A stretch of DNA of 64,000 bases. Origin: Octopus vulgaris. Taxonomy: Eukaryota. Position numbers and translations under genes: made by a program. The notes beneath the pieces are model-generated. The model made no database searches and was not told where the DNA came from. It saw nothing but the letters and a program-made list of their open reading frames with translations. The DNA lies in NCBI GenBank assembly GCA_951406725.2, contig OX597817.1:57040001-57104000 (forward strand), written 5' to 3'. This document shows, in pieces, positions 38,975-49,256 of the stretch (position 1 is its first letter; each line of letters starts with the position of its first letter).

Positions 38975-39352
38975 TACATTATTTACATTAGACGGATATT
39001 TGTCCTCATCTTGTTTGTTGCTAACACAACGTTTCGGCTGATATACCCTCCAGCCTTCTTAGGGAAATTTCAAACCTGGGTTCTCATTCCTAAGGTATTT
39101 TTCGATGTTGTTGTTGTTGTTATTATTATTATTCAGATTCTGAGTTCAATTCCAGGCAGCGACCTGAACAATAATAACATTGAAAAATACCGTAGGAATG
39201 AGAACCCAGGTTCGAAATTTTCCCAAGACACCTGATGAAGGCTAGAGAGTATATCAGCCGAAACGTTGTATTAACAACAAACAAGATGAGGACAAATATC
39301 CATCAAATTTAAATAATGTACATAATTCCTCATCTCTTAAATATAGAACAGC
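38975..39352 (+). mobile_element. Fold-back copy of the tRNA-headed element with minimal hammerhead
   Basis: 11-bp TSD AAAATTTCCTG (38964-38974 / 39353-39363); inverted arm 38975-39133; B-box remnant GAGTTCAATTCC at ~39141; hammerhead GACAC-CTGATGA-A-GGCT...AGCC-GAAACGTT-GT at 39227-39272. Confidence 0.8.
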
Positions 39353-39643
39353 AAAATTTCCTGGCTTTTTTTTTTTTTTTTTTTTTTGGTGGGCACTCTG
39401 TATTATGGTGATGAAGTCTCGAACTGATTTGGAAATATTTACAGGAAAAATCTAAGAAACCTCTCAGATTCCTTGAAATTTGTGCAGTGGCCTCTATTAT
39501 CGATTCCGTGAGTGATGGCGGATATTCATATCAACCGGTACACAAACGGGTACAAACCCGCAGCAGACAGGGTTGCGTATATTTTCGTCATCTGATTCAA
39601 AGCGAGTACACAACGCACAAAAAATGTTATGGAGTTAATGAAA

Positions 39644-39990
39644 TGTGGCCATGCTGGGGCACCGTATTGAAGGCTTTTAGTCGAACAAATCGACCTCAGA
39701 ACATGTTTTTTGGTCTTTTAGTCTGATACTTACCGGTCGCTTTTGCCGAACCGCTATGTTATGGGAATGCAAACAAACCAGCACTGGTCGTCAAGCGAAG
39801 AAGGGGTCACACACACACACACACACACGCATGTAACAGGTTTCCACACAGTTTCCGTCTACAGAATTCACTCACAAGCCATTGATTAGTCCAGGGGCTA
39901 TAGTAACAGACACTCACCCAAGGTGCTGCACAGTGAGACTGAACCTAAAACCACGATTTTACAAAGCGAACTCCTTCACCACACACCCAT
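39644..39990 (-). mobile_element. SINE family A, diverged
   Basis: Reverse-complement match to family A tail, body and head. Confidence 0.75.
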
Positions 39991-40459
39991 ACCTCATGTA
40001 ACTTTTTTGTTTGTTTGATTTTTTTGTTGTTTTTTTTTTTTATTTATGTCTATCGGAAGGAACATTCCTCATCGCCTCACTGATCCTCTCAAACCTGCCA
40101 GATGACTGCAGGAATTGCAGAGAACCAAACATTCTGGTGACGAAAAAAGGGGAAAAAAACGGGTGAATTGATTAGGGAGAGGAGGGATATAGGGGGTGGG
40201 GTGAGCCCAAAATGATGATGGGAAGAGAGACGAGTGGGATGGGATACAAAACTCGCCATCTCTGCAGAACAAAGGCCGTTGTAGTAGCAGTACGAAATAA
40301 TCCTTTCTACCCATAGCACAAGGCCTGAAATTTAGGGTGGGGGTGGTAAGTCGATTACATCGACCCCAGCACTCAACTGGTACTTAACTTATCGACCCCA
40401 AAAGAATGAAAGGCAAAGTCGACCTCGATGAAATTTGAACTCAGAACGTAGCGGCAGTA

Positions 40460-42360
40460 GAAAATAATATGGAGACGTCAGTATGTCTGTGGGTCAGGGA
40501 CTGAAGCCTGTGAGCGAGGGATTTTATATCAATCAGTCGGGTGACCCTTTTGGAGTGGATGTCGTCAAGGATGTCTCTATGTGCAGTAACAGCGCTGCCC
40601 TTAATGTCGAGCGGTGCTGTGACTGTATAATGGACTCTGGCTGCTTTTCGTAGAAGGTCAGTAATTGTTAAAGAGTTGAAGAATATTCAAACTTTGAAAA
40701 GAAGAGCCATTCTTTCAGGATGGTTCTAAGGATGTGTGCTCGCCTGGAGAAACCCTCGGTGATAATGAGGACCCTACTTTTGGAAATATTGTAAAACTGT
40801 GAACAGTTCGAATTAAGGTTTTGTTGTGTGGGGGATGTGAAGAGACTTGTCTAACAGAAAAAGTTTCAAACACAGACTTGTTTCTGGTAAGTCAAAAATG
40901 AAGTATATGTAGTACCAGAAAGAGCATAAAAATTCCGGTGCATCGAACAATCAGCTAATTTTAATTGCCATAGGGCTTGGAGTGGTGGGTGGGGACCGTT
41001 GTGTTGAATAGCTATGATAAGGCAGTGGTCGGACGAAGGCGGCAGCGGGCTGGCAGAATCGTTAGCAGGTCGGACAAATTGCATAGCTGCATTTCTTCCG
41101 ACATGTTGCGATGTGAGTTCAAATCCCGCCGCAGTCAACTTCACTTTTCAGGGGCGATAAAATAAAGCACCAGTCAAGTAATGAGATTGATGTAATCGAT
41201 TTTTCTCTCGACTCTCAAAATTACAGGCCTTGAGTCCTGCGACGAATCGGCGTCCTATTTAGGGAGAAGGGTGTTGTGATCTCTGTCACTTCTACATCAG
41301 GGAAACCGAGTAACCACCGTTATGAGCCCTAAAGCTCAAGAAAATAAGGGATCGGATGACCCTTTATAAGGTGCAGCAACTGTTATGGTCTGGTATAGGG
41401 TGAGAAAGAGACCGCGTGTTTAGGGTGTTCATGTATCGGCCAAGGGTGAAGCAAAATGATGGCAGAGGGTTGAAAATGGTAAAAAATATTCCACTTCTGC
41501 ACCAGCAGTATTGGTATAAGGTGAGTGTGGAATCCAAGAGGAGTTGACAAGGTTGTTGTGATCGACGATGATGCGACAGGAGGGAGATGAAGTGACGCCC
41601 ATGTCCTCGATCAGAAGGAGATGTGATCGAAAGGTTTTTGGCGATTGGAAGAATTCCAAGAGCAAAGGAGGAAAGAAATGCGTTTGGGTGGTGGAGTGGT
41701 GAGTCTTGCGAGCTGCATGGTGACCTCATTAGAGCTGGTGGCACGTAAAAAAAAAAGCACCCAGTACTCGCTGTAAAGTGGTTGTTGACGTTAGGAAGGG
41801 CATCCAGCCGTAGAAACCATACCAAAGCAAAAACTGGAGCGTAGGTCCATCAGATCGTGGCAAACCATCCAACTCATTCCAGCATGGAACATGGACATCG
41901 AAGGATGATGATGATGGTGGTGGCGGCGGCGACGGCAACGATGATGATGATGACAATGACGACGACAGAGTGAGGGAGACTTTAAATCAGTATAAATGAA
42001 AGACTGTTGTTGCTGATGCAGAGGTGGCGCTGCTGAATGGAAGGGAACGTAGAATCTAGGTTGGTGTCTTCACCAGTTTTCGAGGTCAGTCTGAGTAATG
42101 AGTGTAAAGAGTAATGGACACTAGAGATGGACAACGGGTGGGTGTTGAGAAATATGTGCCTTAGAAAGGAATAGGGAGAGGGAGGGCTCTGTGTGTGTGG
42201 CGTGTAAGGGTCATATGAAGCCTTACAGAAAAAGGAGAATAAGCAGCGGGTTTCTCTGTAGTTTTAATGGTGTCATGGAAGGATAAAGGATGATGATGCG
42301 TCGAGAGGTCGTGCAAACACCCTTTAAGAGTGTTTAAGGGGTATGTGGATAGTGTTAAAC
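40460..42360 (-). mobile_element. Fragmented old Penelope-type element interrupted by SINEs B and D
   Basis: Minus-strand LHMTLTRHTHRALPLPIPFLRH (~42160-42230) resembles the PLE thumb motif H..S.HP.H...SLPYSQFLR; PHYHRG...ILRTILKEW (~40700-40770) resembles the linker. Heavily degraded. Confidence 0.35.
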
Positions 42361-42728
42361 CGAAGCAGTATGTTGTTGTTGTTGAGCCCCAGGTCAGCAC
42401 TAACGACAAAACCTGTAATCAACAACAATCAAGCCGTGGCCACACCATCTTTCATTTTATACTCCGGACTAGATTATCCAAGTACCTCTTTATAAGATGG
42501 TCGGGTATGGTTGAAGAGAAAATGACAGGGGCTGTTGCTGTCATCCTTGTTTAAGCTCGACCGGTTCAGCCTTAATCGGGTGGGCCTATGATCAAAGAGT
42601 TGTAACCATGACCATGCCAACTGTTAAAGAGGGTGTCTATGACTACACTGTCTAAGGTGTTCTCTGATTTTTGTAAGGTTTAGTTTGAGAGATTTGGCTG
42701 CTATTACGTGTTGAGAGACCGTATAGAG

Positions 42729-43450
42729 CAGGGGTCACCAAAAGATGTCCAAGGGACCCCCTAGGGATCGGTGAGCAATGACAGGGGGTGGATGATAGCC
42801 AAGTGGTCGAATGGGTGTCGGCGTGCGAAAGACCAGCTCACCCAGATGGATTTCTTGGAATATTTAGTCAGAGCCATGAAACGTGGGAAAAAAATTTCCA
42901 CTGCAGCGAGAGGTCTGCTGTTACTAACGTTCGAAGCCTGTTATCGTAATCGAAGATTGAGGGGATGCGGACTGTCAAGTGTTTGCTTATAGAAATTGCC
43001 CGAACCTGGAGGAACGACGTGATTTGAGACTGAAACTGACCAACATTCAACCAGATACCAATGCCTGGGTTCAGGATCACCATGCTCATTCCTCACATTG
43101 ATGTTGCCAATTTTAATAAAAGATGATTTGTTTTTCACATTTTCTAACCGTGAAAACAGTTTCATAAAACTCGAAAGCTTAATACTCTATATTCGTACAC
43201 GTAATTTTAAATGTAAAAAGTGAGTCATCTTCAATAGAATTTCTTAGTTTGTCGTACATGTATATTTTAGCTAACATTTTAATTGCCAGCATCAGTACCT
43301 GGTACATATTTAAAATATGGTATGGGAGGGTTGGGTATTAGGGTATTTTAATTGAGAAGGGTGGTCGGTGCGGAAGAAGTGGCTAAAGGGGGTCGATGTT
43401 GAAGAAGTGGCTAAAGAGGGCCGATGGTCGAAAAAGCTTGGCGACTCCTG
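42729..43450 (+). mobile_element. hAT (Charlie/Buster-like) deletion derivative
   Basis: TIRs CAGGGGTCACCAA / TTGGCGACTCCTG; 8-bp TSD GTATAGAG / GTACAGAG; internal remnant YRNRRL...LRLKLTNIQPD...HAH of the transposase C-terminus. Confidence 0.8.
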
Positions 43451-44778
43451 GTACAGAGTTTCCTTGATGAGCTGTTATTTCTAGCTATGTTGGTAAAAGG
43501 TGGAAGGAAGGAAGGAAGGTTTGGACCAATGTCGAGAGCAATCGCCTAATTATTGTTGAGATTGAGTGTTCTTATGGAAAGAGAAGAGAAAAACCAAGGA
43601 TCATGAATTGTGTTGGCCCCTTTACATTCTTTCATTTCTATAAATCGGCCAGTTTTAGAGAACTTGCAAGGATTAACGAAAAAGTCGACCCCAGCTGGTA
43701 TTGACACAAATCAGGTCGTTAATAGCCTTGGAAAGGTATGAAAGTCACAACTTCAAATTATTTCTCTTTCACTAAATAAATCATAGGCGCAGGCGTGGCT
43801 GTGTGGTAAGAAGCTTGCTTCCCAACACGTTGGGCAATTGTCTCCTACTGTAGCCTTGGGGGTCTAATTGCACACACTCTACTTACACAGCCAACTGTGT
43901 AAGAGGAATGTTTTCCTAAACCGACTTCAGTACATGACTGGGGTGATGGCCATATTATGTTGGAAACACTGGTTCTCGTCCGATCACTGAAGATGAGCGA
44001 CGTCGAGACGAGTCCGTACTCAGTGACCTCTTGGGGCTGTAAACTTATCGCTTTAGTGCAGGCAGCGTGGTTAAGAAGCTTGCTTTGCAACCGGGAGGTT
44101 TCAGGATCAGTCTCATTGCGCAGCGCACCTTGAGTAAGTGTTTTCTACTATACAAGACACTTGCTCAAGGTCTTTGTGTGTGTGTGTGTGTGTGTCTATT
44201 TCACCCTCAACACAGCGCTTCCACAAAAGATGCCGGTAGAATACGTCCTAGACTTTAGAAGAAAAAAAATCAAGTACTAGGGTCGACTTATTCGACTAAA
44301 CACCTCAAGGCATTGCCCCAGCATGGCCGCAGTCCAGTGACAATCAAGTAAAAGATAAAAGCCCTGAAAGGATGAAAGACACAACTGACCTCGGCGGGAT
44401 TTGAACTAGGTACGTAATGAACAAATACTACATGGTACCCGATGATGCGCTAATGATATTCCCACCCAAACACTATCCTGCACTGTTTCTGATTTAGACA
44501 CAAGGTCCGCGAATTTGAGGGGAGCGGTTTTAGTTGATCATCACTTCTCCCCCACCCAAACACTTCGACGGGTACTTTAGGTCATCGACGCCCCAAAAGG
44601 TGAAAAGCTAAGGTGAGCGCGGTTAGATTTGAACTGAGATTAGATATGTCAGGTTTACATTGGATAAACGGTTTCTCTTCCTACACGTAACCCTTTCACA
44701 CAAATTAGGTCGTTAATAGCCTTGGAAAGGTATGAAAGTCACAACTTCAAATTATTTCTCTTTCACTAAATAAATCAT

Positions 44779-45150
44779 AGGCGCAGGCGTGGCTGTGTGG
44801 TAAGAAGCTTGCTTCCCAACCACACGGTTCCGAGTTCAGTCCCACTGCTTGGCACGTTGGGCAATTGTCTCCTACTGTAGCCTTGGGCCAACCAAAGCCT
44901 TGTGAGTGGATTTGGTAGACGGAAACTGAAAGAAACCCGTCGTGTGTGTATCTTTGTATTTGTCCTCCACCTAACTGCTTGACAACCGGTGTTGGTGTAT
45001 TTACATCCCCATAACTTAGCGGTTCGACAAAAAAACAGATTAAATACCAGGCTTTAAGAAACGAAGTACTAGGTTCGATTCATTCGACTAAAAATCCTTC
45101 GAGGCGGTACTCCAGCATGGCCACAGTCTAATGACTGAAACAAGTAAAAA
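44779..45150 (+). mobile_element. SINE family A, full length
   Basis: GGCGCAGGCGTGGCTGTGTGGTAAG head through GACTGAAACAAGTAAAA tail. Confidence 0.9.
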
Positions 45151-45352
45151 AAAAGTTGATGATTAGAAAAAGGAAATTATAACAGGTTAACATGCAGTTG
45201 AGGGCCATAAAAAAGTGAAAGTAAATTGCCCTAAAAATAATGAATTTCCATAGAAACCGGAAGTGACGACAGTGTCACCCGAAATTTCAAAAAAGAACAT
45301 AAAGATGTCTCCCATTATGTTTCATCCACAGGCACCGACAGGGATCATACAT

Positions 45353-45588
45353 TCTTATTTCTTTATTGCCCACAAAGGGGCTAAACACAGAGAGGACAAA
45401 CAAGGACAGACAAACGGATTAAGTCGATTACATTGATCCCAGCGTGTAACTGGTACTTATTTAATCGACCCCGAAATGATGAAAGGCAAAGTCGACCTCG
45501 GCGGAATTTGAACTCAGAACGTAATGGCAGACGAAATACCGCTAAGCATTTCGCCCGGCATGCTAACGATTCTGCCAGCTCGCCGCTT
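45353..45588 (-). mobile_element. SINE family B
   Basis: Reverse complement of the 29336 unit. Confidence 0.88.
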
Positions 45589-45701
45589 TTGGATCATACA
45601 GTCTAGTGATGTGTTCAGCATTTCAGAAGTAACGACTGTGGTACACCGTTCAAAGAACACCGCAGAGATGTGAGATTGTTTTCAGCTTAGATATATATTT
45701 A

Positions 45702-46042
45702 TGTCTGGGGAGAGTCTTTTTTTTTTGTGCCTTATAATATAACACACTCACGGGTAAAATTTCCACTTATTTCTTATTTTTATTTTCCTAAAATTTTCGT
45801 TGCATTTGCAACCTTTTCAATGGTCGGCCCAAGGCTATGGTAGGAGACAAAACTATTGAAAAGGTTGGAAGACGCAACGAAAATTTTAGGAAAATAAAAA
45901 TAAGAAAAAAGTGGAAATTTTACTGGTGAGTGTGTTGCATTATAAGGCACAAAAAAAATGACTCTCCTGAGACACAACAGAATATGCTTCAACACACGAA
46001 CTCGCATAAAGAATCTTGCAAACCAAATCCAAAAACGAAATT
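45702..46042. mobile_element. Fold-back PLE-end-like insertion (family shared with 61038-61357)
   Basis: Arms ~45702-45822 and ~45855-45975 plus a one-sided tail; degenerate hammerhead-like TTGAAAAG-GTTG(G/C)-AAGAC-GCAAC-GAAA-ATTTTA. Confidence 0.65.
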
Positions 46043-46193
46043 TATATTTATAATTTTCATATTATATTAAATAAAAAGGTGAGCACCGTTAATCAAAATG
46101 TTAACTTCATTAACCTTTAATCCGTTAACCAAAAAATTAACATCGATAAATATTAATCAATTCTTTAAAAATGCAACGGAAGTTATCAATAAA

Positions 46194-46592
46194 CCTATTT
46201 CTTTACTACCCACAAGGGGCCAAACATAGAGAGGACAAACAAGGACAAACAAACGGATTGAGTCGATTATATCGACCCTAGTGCGTAACTGGTACTTATT
46301 TAATCGACCCCGAAAAGATGAAAGGCAAAGTCGACTTCGGCGGAATTTGAACTCAGAACGTAACGGCAAACGAAATACCTATTTCTTTACTACCCACAAG
46401 GGGCTAAACACAGATGGAACAGACAAACGGATTAAGTCGATTATATCGACCCCAGTGCGTAACTGGTACTTATTTAATCAACCCCGAAAGGATGAAAGGC
46501 AAAGTCGACCTCGGCGGAATTTGAACTCAGAACGTAATGGCAGATGGAATACCGCTAAGCCTTTCGCCCGGCGTGCTAACGACTCTGCCGCC
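46194..46592 (-). mobile_element. SINE family B, two tandem units
   Basis: Two Nin-type cores and tails on the minus strand. Confidence 0.88.
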
Positions 46593-46837
46593 CTGAAGTT
46601 AGCAATAAACCGTTAACGTTAGTTTTTATTATAGAAAAAAAAAATCAGTTTTTGCTCTAAAACCACCTAAAGTCACCTTTAAAAAGTGTCGGATTAATGT
46701 TTTGGTGCCCAGGTATGATTAAATCTATGTACGTTCCATACATTGATGACGTCACATTCTTCACATAGAATTATGAAATGTCACATTCATCACTTCCGGT
46801 CTCTGTCCCCAAAATAATGAAAGCAAATTGCGACAAT

Positions 46838-47052
46838 GTGGCGAGTTGGCAGAACCGTTAGCACACTGGACGAAATGCTTAGCGGCACTTCGCCCGTCGC
46901 TGCTTTCAGAGTTCAAATTCTGTCGAGGTCGACTTTGCCTTTCATCCTTTCGGGGTCGATAAATTAAGTACCAGAGAAACACTGGGGTTGTTATAATCGA
47001 TTAGTCTCCTCCCTACAAATTTCAGGCCATGTGCCTATAACAGAAAGGGTTA
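46838..47052 (+). mobile_element. SINE family B
   Basis: GGCGAGTTGGCAGAACCGTTAGC head and Nin-type core. Confidence 0.85.
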
Positions 47053-47646
47053 TTTTTAGGACAATTTATTTTCACTTTTTTTATACCTGAATATTATTAA
47101 ATGTTCTATTTTTGTGTCTTGGGATTTTGTTGGGGTGGAGAAAAGGGTTTCGAAATACTTGAATTTGTTCTGGAGCTTTGATTCTCTAAAGCGTGCAAAG
47201 TGATTTAGCTGTTATTTCTAGCAGGGCAAACGAACGCGTAGAGGCTTCTTAGTTGAATGATTTGATTTTTGCTTTGTTTTTTTTATTTTATTTCTTACGC
47301 TTTCGATGGGAAAGCAGGGAAATAATATTGGACATTCAGCTTCTAAGAGATAGATTTAAAAGGATGCTGTTCATATGAAATATTTAGGGACTAACAGGGA
47401 CCTTTTACTAATACAAACGAATCGCTACCTCAAACACAGAGGTATCGTTATCGCCAATCTAGAGAGAACACTACCTCCAATATAAAGGTAACGCTACTTC
47501 CACTGCAAAGGTAACACTACCTCCAATGTGGAGGTAATACCACTTTTGATGATACGAATTCAGTTTCTATTGAAACAGTGAAATACTAAGGGCACTACTT
47601 AAATACAGAGCTCCCGTAGGGTTACGGTTAGTTTTTAGGGTTTGTT

Positions 47647-47990
47647 AGGAGACGCAATGGCCCAATGGTTAGGGCAGCGGACTCGCGATCATAGGATCGC
47701 AGTTTCGATTCCCAGACCGGGCGTTGAGTGTTTATTGAGCGAAAACACCTAAAGTTCCACGAGGCTCTAGCAGGGGGGGGGCGAACCCTGCTATACTCTT
47801 TCACCACGAATTTCTCTTACCCTTCTTTCCTGTTTCTGTTGTACCTGTATTTCAAAGGGGCCAGCCTTGTCACACTCTGTGTCACGCTGAATCTCCCCGA
47901 GAACTACATTAAGGGTACATGTGTCTGTGGAGTGCTCAGCCACTTGCACGTTAATTTCACAAGCACGCTGTTCCGTTGATTGGATCCGTA
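47647..47990 (+). mobile_element. SINE family C (tail type 3)
   Basis: Family C head followed by GTTTCTGTTGTACCTGTATTTCAAAGGGGCCAGCCTTGTCAC...GCTGTTCCGTTGAT tail. Confidence 0.82.
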
Positions 47991-49256
47991 ACCGACGGAG
48001 TTAGGTTAGTTTTAGGGACCTCTTGGTTAGGATTAGTTTTTAGGGACCTCTAAGTTTAAATAGTGCTATAATAAGTCCCCGTCTGACCACAAACTACCCA
48101 TCTTTACCATCAACCAGCCATCTTATTCCGTAACTAACCAGCTTCACCCTAAACTACCTCGTGATGTTATATTCCCACGCATTGCACTTTCTACAAGAGG
48201 TGTATTAAAATACAAGAACTCGGAAGCAAATGCGTGGGGAGCAAAAGAAAATAGGGAATCCCTATAGATTGGAACGTAACACTATAATGATGGGTAAGAA
48301 TTTTGAAAGATTCGGTCGGCCGAGCTGCAATTCATCGCAACATTTTGTGTAAATGGCCGAGGGTGCAGCAGTAAGGTGGGTACACTGCCTCAACGATAAT
48401 TTGATTTCAAATCGCCGCCTCATTACTTTTATACTTTTGGAATCGATTTTTAAAATATCAGAAATCAGCTGGAGTAAATTCAGTCGATAATTTCTTTCTG
48501 CTATATTTGAATTTGTGTTAGTGAAAAAAACGTTGGCTCTGCATCTCGGAATAAATGGGTTAGTATTTTGTCAATGATTAGATTATGGTTAATTAAAAGG
48601 TTAGCTTATAATTAGTCAGAAATTGGTTTTGTGCTTAGTCAAGTATTGGTGTATGCCTTGCCAAGGTTTAGCCAATACCTTCTCAAGACTTGGCATGTGT
48701 TTAGTTAAATGTTGATATGCGCCTGGACAAAACCAGGCGTTATCTAGCAATGCTGCTTGTTCGAAGTAAATGTTAATTAAGGTAATAAAAAACAAAAAAG
48801 TCTTCAAACGTCGCATGAGATAACGAGAATGGGAATAGTCATTAGGGGGAGAAAATCAACACTCATATCTTTCTTCTGATCGTCGAGCCGGGTGATAGAA
48901 AAATATCCTCAAACCCAAAACATGACCCGAATGCTTGCAACAGTATGAACTCAACAAAAGCAAGCGAGGGCCGACGGAATAAAATCGTGCTGGGCCATAT
49001 TAAGGCCGCCACCCATATTAGCAAAGAAAAGACAATTCATATATATCTGTGTGTGTATGTATGTATATATATATAAATGATATATATATATACATGTATC
49101 CCATCTAATAGAATTTTATTTTGAATTGAAGGATGTTTAGTAAGAATTGGTGGAAGATGTCAATAAATAAATATAGCTGCACAAGAGAACCTGTGCCAGC
49201 AAGAATGTCAGGCAGAAGCCTACAACTTTAATGCCATTGACCATTTTCAAATGCTG

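Noticed and set aside
47423-48060. Degenerate ~22-bp tandem units and TTAGG(G)-like words suggesting interstitial telomere
   Set aside because: Too short and too degenerate; no true (TTAGGG)n array.
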